Positions 1 through 9,331 are shown, counted from the stretch's first letter. The stretch: DNA of 64,000 nt from Candidatus Kaiserbacteria bacterium (GCA_016699245.1 CP064968.1:512317-576316), one strand, 5' to 3'. A program made the numbers and translations. Notes: generated by a model from the letters alone, not told the origin.

Positions 1-123
1 TACATCGAGGTGTTGTCGATGCTGAGGCAGGACATGTATTGTCGACCACTGAGGCACGGACACAACTCCGAGCAACACTTGATACGCAGATTAAGAAGAC
101 ATGAAAATCTATTGGACCAATGA
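1..123 (+). CDS. 3' end of an ORF truncated at the window edge; possible antitoxin partner of the downstream ParE-like toxin
   Basis: Frame +1 is open from position 1 to the TGA at 121-123 and overlaps the start of the ParE-like ORF by 23 nt, a typical antitoxin-toxin arrangement. The translated fragment carries no recognisable motif. Confidence 0.25.
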   Translation, partial: YIEVLSMLRQDMYCRPLRHGHNSEQHLIRRLRRHENLLDQ

Positions 124-385
124 GTCCCTCTCTGAAATTTCGATTATCCTTGAATACATTGCAAAAGAGAATCTATCAGCATCTGTATCTCTGGTGGACA
201 GTATCTTTGACCGAGTTGAAGAGGTATTAGTCGATAATCCAAAAGCAGGACGACCGGGTAGAGTAGACGGGACGCGAGAACTCGTAATACACTCTTCGTA
301 TATTGTTGTATATCGTATCAATTCTCACTCCATCGAGATACTCACCGTTCGGCATACTGCACGACTTTGGCCCAACAATTTTTAA
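101..385 (+). CDS. parE: Type II toxin-antitoxin system ParE/RelE-family toxin
   Basis: 94-aa protein with the ParE-like pattern (IYWT...GTRELVIHSSYIVVYRI...IEILTVRHTARLW). Small size and overlap with an upstream short ORF fit a TA module. Confidence 0.65.
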   Translation: MKIYWTNESLSEISIILEYIAKENLSASVSLVDSIFDRVEEVLVDNPKAGRPGRVDGTRELVIHSSYIVVYRINSHSIEILTVRHTARLWPNNF

Positions 386-522
386 ATACAGCAAAAAAAT
401 AGTAATGGGGACAGCTGTAATTAAAGCTGTCCCCTTTCTATCTAGGTTAACCCTAGAGAAAATATACCCCCACCCAAAAATCTTTTGCGGCATCTATACA
501 ACTGCGGTACATTATATCAACC

Positions 523-1122
523 ATGAAACTCAAGACCCTACTCTCACTACTGGTACTTATTCTGCTATTCTTGGCTTCCACTTATTTCGCTCAAATCTAT
601 TCTGGCGAACTTGTGCTTTTGGTTGGTGAAAAAAGATTATTAGGAATAGTTGCGTATACACTTGTCGCAGTACTCACTACGGTTATTGCTCCTCTCAACA
701 GTATCCCCCTTATGCCGATAGCGACAAACATTTGGGGACCTATCATTACGGCTCTTGCGAGTATTGTGGGTTGGCTCATTGGTGCTCTCATTGCATTTGG
801 CATAAGTAGAAAGTACGGTCGTGGTTTAGTTGAAAAGATTTTCTCAAGGGAAAAGGTGGATGCTTTTGAAAAAAGAGTTCCACAACAAAATCTCTTTTGG
901 TCTATTGTGTTCTTGCGGATGGCAGTGCCTGTAGACATGCTCAGTTACATACTTGGTCTTTTTAGTACTATTTCATGGACAACGTATACGTTTGCAACGC
1001 TCATCGGGATAACACCTTTTGCCTTTGTTCTCGCATATACGGGTATGCTCCCCTTCCGTTACCAGGTCATGGGGATGGCGGTAGCGCTGATTGCACTCTT
1101 TACTCTGTATAAGAGAAAATAG
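523..1122 (+). CDS. TVP38/TMEM64 (DedA-like) family membrane protein
   Basis: 199 aa, multi-pass membrane protein with a DedA/TVP38-like core (PLNSIPLMPIATNIWGP...GALIAFGISRKYGRGLVEK). Confidence 0.5.
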   Translation: MKLKTLLSLLVLILLFLASTYFAQIYSGELVLLVGEKRLLGIVAYTLVAVLTTVIAPLNSIPLMPIATNIWGPIITALASIVGWLIGALIAFGISRKYGRGLVEKIFSREKVDAFEKRVPQQNLFWSIVFLRMAVPVDMLSYILGLFSTISWTTYTFATLIGITPFAFVLAYTGMLPFRYQVMGMAVALIALFTLYKRK

Positions 1123-1188
1123 AACTTCCCTAGGGTTCCCCTAGGGAGATTTGTGGCATTCTTGGCAATCTTTTTGTATAGTGACTCT

Positions 1189-2355
1189 ATGATAATTCTT
1201 AGTATTGAGACGTCGTGTGATGAAACGGCAGTGAGCATTGTGGAGGCAACGGGTGATTTCCCTCATGCCACCTATCACATACTCGGTAATGCACTTTTTT
1301 CACAAATTGATTTACATCGTGAGTACGGTGGTGTCTTCCCTGCACTTGCTAAGCGGGAGCATGCAAAGACGCTGGTACCGATGCTCATACGTGCTCTAGA
1401 AGAAGCAGGGCTTCTTGAGGCTCGCGTGCACACGCTTACCTCAGAAGAATCTGAAACACTTCAGACAATCCTCTACCGTGAGCCAGGGCTGGGTGATACC
1501 TTTACTGAATTTCTCCAATCGTATGCGGTGCCGAAAGTTGACCTCATTGCAGTCACGAGCGGCCCGGGGCTGGAGCCTGCACTCTGGGTCGGTATCAACT
1601 TTGCTCGAGCACTTTCATACGCATGGGAAATCCCCGTAGTTCCTATTAATCACATGGAGGGACACGTACTTTCCTCCATTTTCACCACAGACAGCATCCC
1701 TGCTATTCCCTTTCCTGCGCTCGCGCTCCTTATCTCAGGTGGACACACCGAACTCGTCCTTATGGAAGAATGGCTCTCGTTTAAAAAGATTGGTGAAACA
1801 CGTGATGATGCAGTGGGGGAAGCATTTGATAAAGTGGCGCGTATGCTCGGACTTCCCTATCCGGGTGGGCCAGAGATTGGCGTGCATGCTGCGCGAGCGC
1901 GTGCAGAAAATCTCCCCGCATTTGCTACCCTTCCTCGCCCAATGATTGATGCTGACAATCTTGATTTTTCATTCTCTGGACTCAAGACTTCCGTACGCTA
2001 CGCTATAGAGGGCAAGACGTTAAGCGAAAATGATGTCGATGCTATCGCGCGTGATTTTGAAGATGCGGTCACTGCTGTCCTCTTGAAAAAATCAGAGCGT
2101 GCGATTGATGCTCATGGTATTCACACACTCATTGTGGGGGGTGGTGTATCTGCAAACACATACATTCGCGAAACCTTCACTTCGTTTTTCAAGCATGAAT
2201 ATCCCGACCTCGCACTCTACTTTCCTCCAAAAAATCTTTCGACCGACAATAGTGTGATGATTGCGCTCGCTGGACATGCGCAAAGTGCACATGCACAGGC
2301 ATACAGTGCGCTTGCCGACCTCAAAGCAGATGGAAATCTTTCGCTTGAGACATAG
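1189..2355 (+). CDS. tsaD: tRNA N6-adenosine threonylcarbamoyltransferase TsaD (Kae1/Gcp family)
   Basis: ILSIETSCDETAVSIV N-terminal signature, the HMEGH metal-binding motif and GGGVSAN near the C-terminus. Likely start is MIILSIETS at 1189 rather than the ORF-track start at 1153. Confidence 0.9.
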   Translation: MIILSIETSCDETAVSIVEATGDFPHATYHILGNALFSQIDLHREYGGVFPALAKREHAKTLVPMLIRALEEAGLLEARVHTLTSEESETLQTILYREPGLGDTFTEFLQSYAVPKVDLIAVTSGPGLEPALWVGINFARALSYAWEIPVVPINHMEGHVLSSIFTTDSIPAIPFPALALLISGGHTELVLMEEWLSFKKIGETRDDAVGEAFDKVARMLGLPYPGGPEIGVHAARARAENLPAFATLPRPMIDADNLDFSFSGLKTSVRYAIEGKTLSENDVDAIARDFEDAVTAVLLKKSERAIDAHGIHTLIVGGGVSANTYIRETFTSFFKHEYPDLALYFPPKNLSTDNSVMIALAGHAQSAHAQAYSALADLKADGNLSLET

Positions 2356-2426
2356 AGTCCACACGATTTCCTGAAACACATCGTACTCTTCGTAGGGGCT
2401 TATTTTCGTGGTATTATCACGCTACT

Positions 2427-4676
2427 ATGAGTGAACAAGAAAAAGACACGCAGCAAACTGCGCACATTCCCGAGATTTTTTTACAGCCCTATAATGCCCA
2501 AGAGCATGAGGAGAAGACCTATGCATTCTGGGAAGAATCTGGGTATTTTAATCCCGACACCTGCATCAAAGATGGAATTGCTGATGAAACAAAAGAGGCT
2601 TTTTCTATCGTCCTCCCTCCGCCAAATGTAACCGGCACACTTCACATGGGGCATGCCGCTATGCTCGCTATCGAGGACATTCTCGTGCGATACAATCGTA
2701 TGCAAGGGAAACCAACACTCTGGCTCCCCGGTACCGACTCCGCTGCTATTGCGACGCAGTCAAAGGTGGAGAAAATGATATACAAGGAAGAAGGCAAAAG
2801 TCGTTACGACTTAGGACGTGATGAACTCCTGCGCCGTATATATGCATTTGCCGAAGAAAGCAAAAACACCATAATCAATCAGACGAAGCACATGGGTTCC
2901 TCACTCGATTGGAGTCGCTACGCATTCACTCTCGATGATGCGCGGTATAAAGCAGTTACAACTGCATTCAAGCGCATGTATGATGCGGGACTTATTTATC
3001 GCGGTGCGCGTATTGTGAACTGGGACCCAAAGGGTCAGACCACTATTTCTGATGATGAGATTGTATACGAGGAGCGCACAACAACGATGTACACGTTTAC
3101 ATACAGCAAGGACTTCCCTATTCCTATCTCAACTACACGCCCCGAAACCAAAGTAGGTGACACTGCTGTTGCTGTACATCCTGATGATGAGCGGTACAAA
3201 GCATACGTGGGCAAGGAGTATGATGTGGTCTTTTGTGATGTACCACTCCATATCACCGTGGTTGCTGATGAGCATGTTGAAAAAGACTTTGGGACCGGTG
3301 CACTCGGTGTTACCCCTGCACACAGCCAAGTGGACTGGGAGATTGCAGACCGTCATAATCTTGCGCGCCCACAAGTAATCAATGAGTATGCAAAAATGAC
3401 GGTAGACGGCCGCCTTAACGGTATGAAGGTCGGTGAGGCACGTGAGAGTGTTGTTGCATTTCTTCGTGAGGAAGGACTTCTTCAAAAGGAAGAAGTCATT
3501 TCGCAAAACGTCTCCACCGCAGAGCGCACGGGCGCAATCATTGAGCCGCTTCCGAAATTGCAATGGTGGATTGATGTGAACAAGGAATTCACCATGGGGC
3601 ACTCAGAAATTCCTGGAATTACAGAAGGCGACACGGTCACTCTCAAAACCCTTATGCATACCGCTGTGGCCGGTGGTGGTATTACTCTTTTTCCTGACCG
3701 TTTTGAACGTGTATACGACAACTGGATTAATAATCTTCGCGACTGGTGTATTTCCCGCCAAATCTGGTATGGCCATCGTATTCCTGTGTGGTATAAAGGT
3801 GCCCTGGGGCAGGGCATCGATACAAATGGTGGAGAAATATACTGTGGTATTACTGCGCCAGAAGGCGAAGGCTGGGAGCAAGATCCCGACACACTCGACA
3901 CCTGGTTCTCTTCAGGTCTTTGGACATTCTCGACACTCGGCTGGCCTAATGAAACCGCCGACATGAAGCGATACCATCCCACCACACTGCTCGAGACAGG
4001 GTACGATATCCTCTTCTTTTGGGTAGCGCGTATGGTGCTCCTGAGCACATTCCACCTCGGGCAAGTGCCCTTTAAACATGTGTACCTTCACGGCCTTGTA
4101 CGTGATGCAAAGGGGAAGAAAATGTCGAAATCACTCGGCAATGTAATAGACCCTCTCGATATGATAGAAAAGTATGGTGCTGATGCCACACGTCTTTCAC
4201 TCATCATTGGTGCCGCACCCGGAAACGATGTACCACTTGCTGAAGACAAGGTGCGTGGATACAAGCACTTTGCAAACAAAGTCTGGAACATCAGTCGTTT
4301 CATCCTTACCAACATCGCTGATGCGGACTTGAGTTTCTCCCCCACTCTTTCACCACGTGACACCGAGATACTTACCGGACTCCATACTGCAGTTGCAGAA
4401 ATAACTACCGATATTGAAAAATACCATCTCTACCTCGCGGCGGAAAAAGCTTATCACTACGTCTGGCACGAACTTGCAGACGTCATACTCGAAGAATCAA
4501 AACCAATATTGAATGGGGAGGATACTGGTGCTCGTGCTGCGCGCCAATACGTGCTTCGTGAATGTCTCATTACCTCCCTCAAGATTCTTCATCCCTTCAT
4601 GCCGTTTGTAACCGAAACAATTTGGCAACATCTTCCAGATAGCATACGCGGAGATGAGCGCAAGAGGGCTGTGTGA
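2427..4676 (+). CDS. valS: Valine--tRNA ligase (class I aaRS), short form lacking the C-terminal coiled-coil
   Basis: PPPNVTGTLHMGHA (HIGH region), KMSKSLGN (KMSKS), WCISRQ, and the editing-domain motif TTRPETKVGDTAVAVHP. At 749 aa it ends right after the anticodon-binding domain. Confidence 0.9.
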   Translation: MSEQEKDTQQTAHIPEIFLQPYNAQEHEEKTYAFWEESGYFNPDTCIKDGIADETKEAFSIVLPPPNVTGTLHMGHAAMLAIEDILVRYNRMQGKPTLWLPGTDSAAIATQSKVEKMIYKEEGKSRYDLGRDELLRRIYAFAEESKNTIINQTKHMGSSLDWSRYAFTLDDARYKAVTTAFKRMYDAGLIYRGARIVNWDPKGQTTISDDEIVYEERTTTMYTFTYSKDFPIPISTTRPETKVGDTAVAVHPDDERYKAYVGKEYDVVFCDVPLHITVVADEHVEKDFGTGALGVTPAHSQVDWEIADRHNLARPQVINEYAKMTVDGRLNGMKVGEARESVVAFLREEGLLQKEEVISQNVSTAERTGAIIEPLPKLQWWIDVNKEFTMGHSEIPGITEGDTVTLKTLMHTAVAGGGITLFPDRFERVYDNWINNLRDWCISRQIWYGHRIPVWYKGALGQGIDTNGGEIYCGITAPEGEGWEQDPDTLDTWFSSGLWTFSTLGWPNETADMKRYHPTTLLETGYDILFFWVARMVLLSTFHLGQVPFKHVYLHGLVRDAKGKKMSKSLGNVIDPLDMIEKYGADATRLSLIIGAAPGNDVPLAEDKVRGYKHFANKVWNISRFILTNIADADLSFSPTLSPRDTEILTGLHTAVAEITTDIEKYHLYLAAEKAYHYVWHELADVILEESKPILNGEDTGARAARQYVLRECLITSLKILHPFMPFVTETIWQHLPDSIRGDERKRAV

Positions 4677-5461
4677 TGAATGGACAAGCCCAAATGGTAA
4701 AAAGGAAATTCTCCTTCCCAGCACCACTGCGGGGATTTCTTAATCTAAGATGGTACAATAGTCAAATGGGTTCGCTCAACTTTGCCATCGCCTTTCTTGC
4801 AGGACTTATTCCTGCACTTTTTTGGCTGTGGTTTTGGCTCCGTGAAGATAGGGCACATCCCGAGCCAAAGGCACTTCTCGCCACATCATTCGTCGCCGGA
4901 ATGCTCATCGTACCGCTCGTGCTTCCCCTTCAGCAATTCGCCATGGAGCGCTTCGACGGCGACAACCTGATTTTTGTATGGGTAATTATTGAAGAAGTAT
5001 TAAAGTACTCTGCGGCACTCATTGTGGTGCTCTGGAACAAAGCAGTCGACGAACCCATCGACGCAATCATCTACATGCTCACGATTGCACTCGGTTTTTC
5101 TGCACTCGAAAACGCCTTTTTCATTTTTAATCCACTCCAAGATGGTGAATTTGCCAACTCATTCATTACCGGCAATTTCCGTTTCCTTGGTGCCACACTT
5201 CTTCATGTACTTGCCTCAAGTACGGTAGGTGTCGCGATGGCACTTTCATACTATGCACGTAGTTGGGTAAAGGTACTCGTTGCTACCTTTGGTTTATTCC
5301 TTGCTGTCATATTGCATGCACTCTTTAATTTCTCTATAATGGATGCAAGCGGTGGTACCGTCCTCGTTGTCTTTATGTTTGTCTGGATGGGTATTGTCGT
5401 CCTCTTTATTCTCTTTGAAAAAGTGAAGTTACTAGAAAAAAAGCATCGTCGCATAATATGA
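4673..5461 (+). CDS. PrsW-like intramembrane metalloprotease family membrane protein
   Basis: Multi-TM protein with motifs spaced like PrsW/M82: EEVLKYSAAL (EExxK), FSALENAFF (FxxxEN), HVLASSTVG (HxxxxxxxG). Start overlaps the valS stop. Confidence 0.5.
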   Translation: MMNGQAQMVKRKFSFPAPLRGFLNLRWYNSQMGSLNFAIAFLAGLIPALFWLWFWLREDRAHPEPKALLATSFVAGMLIVPLVLPLQQFAMERFDGDNLIFVWVIIEEVLKYSAALIVVLWNKAVDEPIDAIIYMLTIALGFSALENAFFIFNPLQDGEFANSFITGNFRFLGATLLHVLASSTVGVAMALSYYARSWVKVLVATFGLFLAVILHALFNFSIMDASGGTVLVVFMFVWMGIVVLFILFEKVKLLEKKHRRII

Positions 5462-5961
5462 AAAAACCATCATTTCTCGAACGTATTACTGGCTCAATTA
5501 AACTCGATGCATCGTCTGATGATGGATTTGGAGAGGCACAAAATTTTGAAAAGGCCGATGTCCCTGAAGATGACACCATAGACCAAGAAACCTGGCGTCA
5601 ACAAGACGAGGAGGAACAAGATGGTGAACTTCCTATTGATATGTATCAAACACGAGATACCGTAGTGATTCGAGCTCTTGTAGCGGGTGTAAGCCCTGAA
5701 GATCTCAATATCTCTATCACCCGCGATATGGTAACTCTCAAGGGTCTTCGTGAAGAAGTACAGGAAGCACCTGACGAAGACTACTACCATCGAGAACTCT
5801 TCTGGGGCTCCTTCTCACGTTCTATCGTCCTTCCTGAGGAAATTGTCATTGATGAAGCAGAAGCGCGCGAGAAACATGGCCTTCTTGAAATTATTTTACC
5901 AAAGCTGGACAAAGGTCGCAGTGCTCGACTTACCGTAAAGAGCCATCACCTCGTGAAGTAA
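5458..5961 (+). CDS. Hsp20/alpha-crystallin family small heat-shock protein with an acidic N-terminal extension
   Basis: Alpha-crystallin domain pattern (PIDMYQTRDTVVIRALVAGVSPEDLNISI...ELFWGSFSRSIVLPEEI...GLLEIILPK). ATGA overlap with the upstream gene. Confidence 0.8.
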   Translation: MKKPSFLERITGSIKLDASSDDGFGEAQNFEKADVPEDDTIDQETWRQQDEEEQDGELPIDMYQTRDTVVIRALVAGVSPEDLNISITRDMVTLKGLREEVQEAPDEDYYHRELFWGSFSRSIVLPEEIVIDEAEAREKHGLLEIILPKLDKGRSARLTVKSHHLVK

Positions 5962-5976
5962 TTTATCAGACATGCA

Positions 5977-6013
5977 ATCCCCCAGACGCCTACGGCGTCT
6001 GGGGGATTTTTAG
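5977..6013 (+). terminator. Rho-independent terminator downstream of the hsp20 gene
   Basis: Perfect stem (atcccccagacgcc / ggcgtctgggggat) with loop tacg, followed by a T-run. Confidence 0.7.
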
Positions 6014-6025
6014 ACTCATCCTGAT

Positions 6026-6739
6026 ATGTTACACTTTTTGTCTATGAAAATACTTTGTCTGAATACGTGGTATGGGGGAAAACTAAAAAATGAGATTACC
6101 CAATTTTTTCATTCACACGCACGCTCCGTTGATATTTTTTGTCTACAAGAAACAGTTGACGCATTTGATACTATCGTCGAACCTTTTCTTGATTCATATA
6201 CACGTATTCAGCATGCAAAATCAATATCAGAGCAAGAAAGTTATACTCTTTCAATATTAATACGCAAAGATATTAAGATTCATGAACACGGGACGATACT
6301 TTCTGCTATACCAAAGACAGGACTTGATCAGTGGGTCATAGTCGAACGAGGTAACGAAAAATACTGGATTTGTAATTTTCATGGTATTGCGTATCCAGGC
6401 GAAAAAGAAGATAATCCCGAACGTCTATTTGCATCGAGGGCACTCATTGAGAAAGGTGCGCACTATACTCTTCCCCGTATTATTATGGGAGACTTTAATC
6501 TTCTTCCAACCACAGAAAGTATTACCATGTTTGATAGCGAAGGATACCGTGACCTTATCAAAGAGTATGAGATCAAGACGACACGGAATGAACATACGTG
6601 GAACCGGTATCCAGAAAAAAAGTTATTGCACTCTGATTATGCGTTTGTGAAGGGTGATGTGCGTGTAGAAGCATTTTCGGTTCTCCCTGATATTGTTTCG
6701 GATCATCAGCCACTCATGCTCGACGTGAGTGTCGTGTAA
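6026..6739 (+). CDS. Endonuclease/exonuclease/phosphatase (EEP) family protein
   Basis: EEP motifs ILCLNTW, CLQE, GDFNLLP and a C-terminal SDHQPL. Probable true start is MKILCLNTW at 6044. Confidence 0.75.
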   Translation: MLHFLSMKILCLNTWYGGKLKNEITQFFHSHARSVDIFCLQETVDAFDTIVEPFLDSYTRIQHAKSISEQESYTLSILIRKDIKIHEHGTILSAIPKTGLDQWVIVERGNEKYWICNFHGIAYPGEKEDNPERLFASRALIEKGAHYTLPRIIMGDFNLLPTTESITMFDSEGYRDLIKEYEIKTTRNEHTWNRYPEKKLLHSDYAFVKGDVRVEAFSVLPDIVSDHQPLMLDVSVV

Positions 6740-6853
6740 CATATCGGTGAACGAAACTACCCCACAGGACCTTTGATGAGTATACGCGCACCAATTTCTG
6801 TTTTATAATATGTATGTCGTTATTATGTTATCAACATATGGAGGTAATTTTTT

Positions 6854-7447
6854 ATGAATGAAATACCAGAACAACAGGCTCCAGAAAACTCACAGACAGA
6901 AGGCAAAAAGCAGGATTATACAAAATGGATTATTATAGGTGTTGTTGGACTTGTATTTATCTATGGTGCACAATCACTCTTCTCTCCTGAGCGTGCTATC
7001 GAGCGAGCTATTGAGGGGGCTTCGGGAGGTGACGTTGATATTAATATCGACGATATCGAAGATAATAGGAGTATGCGTGTTACCGGTGACGATGGTGGAG
7101 AATATAACATCTCTACAGGAAATGATGTTTCTCTTCCAGATAACTGGCCAAGTTCTGTATCTATCCCCTCAAGTGCACGTCTCAGCTACGCTGGTTCTAT
7201 GAATGCGGGTGACGCAGAATCAGTCGGTCTCTCTGCAGTCTATACCACAAAGGAATCTACTACTGAGGTTGCCAAATATTTCAAATCAACACTTGAGACA
7301 GCGGGTTGGGAAATTCAAGGGACAATGGCAACTGGTGATGGATCAATGATTACCGCAACAAAGGGTGAGGAAGAAAATGTTGCTGTTTATATTGGAAGTA
7401 CTGAAGATGAGACGACGGTTACCGTGAGCGTTCAAATGCCGAAGTAA
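6854..7447 (+). CDS. Hypothetical membrane-anchored protein
   Basis: 197 aa with one N-terminal TM (WIIIGVVGLVFIYGA) and an acidic, Ser/Thr/Gly-rich ectodomain. No recognised motifs. Confidence 0.5.
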   Translation: MNEIPEQQAPENSQTEGKKQDYTKWIIIGVVGLVFIYGAQSLFSPERAIERAIEGASGGDVDINIDDIEDNRSMRVTGDDGGEYNISTGNDVSLPDNWPSSVSIPSSARLSYAGSMNAGDAESVGLSAVYTTKESTTEVAKYFKSTLETAGWEIQGTMATGDGSMITATKGEEENVAVYIGSTEDETTVTVSVQMPK

Positions 7448-7625
7448 AGAACCCCACCCCAGAGGGGATGGGGCATTTGCACCCGTCAGTGCTGGGGTGG
7501 GACCGGGGGTTCTTTGCTAGCTGAGGATTCGGCTCCGCCGAAACTATATATTTGTCCATTCATCCACGGGGTCGAACCCCGTGGCATTCTGGACGAACTA
7601 GTAAAGAACCCCACTCCATGAATCG
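7447..7625 (+). repeat. Structured intergenic repeat element, copy A (hairpin plus conserved ~90-nt tail); second copy at 39839-39973
   Basis: Begins with the hairpin aaagaacccc-accccag...ctggggt-gggaccgggggttcttt, then the tail gctagctgaggattcggctccgccgaa..atatatttgtccat.catccacgggg...cattctggacgaac.agta, which copy B shares at roughly 85% identity by eye. It is flanked by the 15-nt direct repeats aaagaaccccac(c/t)cc at 7447 and 7603. Confidence 0.5.
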
Positions 7626-7735
7626 CGCCCAAAAAAAGTGGACAGCCATTGTTATTATTCTAAAATATGGTACTATATATACATTAGGGCTTCGGCCTCC
7701 GAGATACCCCGCAGCAATGCGGGGTATCGATGTAT

Positions 7736-8086
7736 TTAGACAAACTGACTAAAGGATTCTTTAATTTTTGCAAAATCAACTTCTCCAATTACTGCAATTT
7801 TGCGAATAAGTCTTTTACTACTAATCACTCGTGCTTGTGTTAGTTTTACATACACTGTTTTTATATACATCTTTTTTGTTTTTGAATCTTGTGTCTCAAC
7901 TTCTAGTGCGAAATGAAATTTATCTGAGCGTGCTTTGCTTGTGGTAGGCAGAACAAGCATAGTCTCTTTGTTGTAAACACGCATAATAATAACAGGGCGT
8001 TCAAAACTCTCGTTCTTTCCATCAATTTCTGCTCCAACATTTACACCAAGAGAACACCACCACACTTCACGTGGATATCCATACAC
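7736..8086 (-). CDS. MazF/PemK-family type II toxin (endoribonuclease-like), apparently orphan
   Basis: PemK/MazF-like pattern (PREVWWCSLGVNVGAEIDGKNESFERPVIIM...MLVLPTTSKARSDKFHF...SKTKKMYIKTVYVKLTQARVISSKRLIRKIAVIGEVDFAKIKESF). Only a GTG start is available. No convincing antitoxin ORF upstream (just an 18-codon ORF). Confidence 0.55.
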   Translation of the reverse strand: MYGYPREVWWCSLGVNVGAEIDGKNESFERPVIIMRVYNKETMLVLPTTSKARSDKFHFALEVETQDSKTKKMYIKTVYVKLTQARVISSKRLIRKIAVIGEVDFAKIKESFSQFV

Positions 8087-8199
8087 CTCTTTTTCTTCAA
8101 TATCAACTTTTTTTTAAGGTGTTCCACTTATCAAAATTTTTAGTATACTCACCATTCATGTTTTTATTATACCACCGCAGTAATCAATGAGATTATTTT

Positions 8200-8692
8200 G
8201 AGAACTTGGCGACTTCAAATGATTTGGTAGAGGTGAGGGGCGGGCTTGGCGCAACTCACATCAGTATTTTTGTTCGCTTCACTCCAAAAATACTAAGCCT
8301 AAAACAGTACCCCATACTGTTTTAGCTACCCTGACTCACTCGTGGCAGAGCCACATAGTTCCGTCTTTCAAATCATACTGATTCTGTTCAAGTTGCGCCA
8401 CAAGAGCACTTCCATTTTCTAAAACGCAAGCGTTAAGAAAATTTGGTCGTATAAATTTTATTTAAAATTTCGACAACTTTCTGAAATAGTTTCCCAAACT
8501 ATTTCAGCCCGCACGCACGATGCCTATGCATCGTGCTCCCTCCGGGGCGGGCTTGGCGTCCGCTAGTAATTCGCTGACGCTCATAACTAGCACCTGCCCG
8601 CGGTTTGCTGCTTCGTCGCTTTAGGAAAAGCGACTCATATCGCAAACCGTTCAAGCCCGCACGTAACGTGCCTATGCACGTTACTCCCTCAG
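8200..8692. repeat. Degenerate tRNA-Phe 3'-end copies (T-arm/acceptor-like) plus hairpins downstream of tRNA-Phe
   Basis: ggggcgggcttgg, resembling the Phe T-arm GGCGGTTCAAGCCCGCC, recurs at ~8233, ~8552 and in the tRNA at 8743. Two near-identical hairpin units, agcccgcacg[hairpin with ctat loop]ctccctc, sit at 8504-8553 and 8649-8700. An inverted repeat ttggcgcaact / agttgcgccaca brackets ~150 nt at 8247-8405. Confidence 0.45.
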
Positions 8693-8740
8693 CACAGCAC
8701 ATACAAAAAGTCCCCGGAGGGACTTTTTGTATGTGCTGTG
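8693..8740 (-). terminator. Long perfect hairpin immediately 3' of tRNA-Phe whose stem extends into the tRNA acceptor 3' strand
   Basis: cacagcacatacaaaaagtccc-cgga-gggactttttgtatgtgctgtg. On the minus strand the stem extends to CCCTCAGCACAGCACATACAAAAAGTCCC, a 29-bp perfect stem that includes the tRNA 3' acceptor strand CCCTCAGC. Confidence 0.55.
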
Positions 8741-8811
8741 CTGAGGGGCGGGCTTGAACCGCCGACCCTTTGTTCTTCAGACAAATGCTCTACCAACTGA
8801 GCTACCTCAGC
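8739..8811 (-). tRNA. tRNA-Phe (anticodon GAA)
   Basis: The minus-strand reading folds as a cloverleaf: acceptor GCTGAGG/CCTCAGC, D-arm TAGCTCAGTTGGTAGAGCA, anticodon stem-loop TTTGT-CTGAAGA-ACAAA (GAA), T-arm GGCGG-TTCAAGC-CCGCC, discriminator A. No CCA is encoded. Confidence 0.85.
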
Positions 8812-8984
8812 GAATGAGGAACCAAGCGCAAAAATTTACTTTTGCATTTGTGTTCCGAATGCAGCTGCGGGAAGCTATGCTTACCTCAGCGAATGCAGAT
8901 AGTACTCGAAGATTCCTCAACCCCCAGCAAAATCTGCTCACTGATAGTAGCATATTATATAAATCAGTACAGCGCGTTCTTATT

Positions 8985-9275
8985 TTACTGAGGGAGGAGG
9001 TTTTCTAAGCCTTTGAGCCCAGGTATTTCTCCGATACCCTGCCTGAACAAATCGTAATCTGATCCAAATGCTTCAAAATACGGCTGCAGAACATAGAAGT
9101 ATAAGGCGAATGGAAGCCCAATAAGCACCGCATACCACACAACACGTAACCAAAGACCAATCATGTCGTTTCGATACATCTTCTTGAGGAGAATGTTGTT
9201 TTGCTTCGTGAGTTCAGCATTCTCACGGAGAAGAGTCAGTATCTCAGTATGTGTGTCTATTTCCTTTTCATTCAT
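8985..9275 (-). CDS. Hypothetical small membrane protein
   Basis: 96-aa ORF between two tRNAs with one hydrophobic helix (IGLWLRVVWYAVLIGLPFALYFYVL). No recognisable motif. Confidence 0.35.
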   Translation of the reverse strand: MNEKEIDTHTEILTLLRENAELTKQNNILLKKMYRNDMIGLWLRVVWYAVLIGLPFALYFYVLQPYFEAFGSDYDLFRQGIGEIPGLKGLENLLPQ

Positions 9276-9331
9276 ATATGCATTATAGCAGATGACACAT
9301 AGTCAAAATGGGATATGTGGTTACAACGCTG

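Noticed and set aside
2092-2379. 95-aa minus-strand ORF overlapping the 3' end of tsaD
   Set aside because: Fully antisense to the conserved TsaD C-terminus, Cys-rich junk-like composition.
8500-8700. Additional intact tRNA genes in the tRNA-Phe downstream region
   Set aside because: The fragments reproduce the T-arm/acceptor sequence but I could not fold a complete cloverleaf (no D-arm or anticodon arm) from either strand. Treated as degenerate copies instead.
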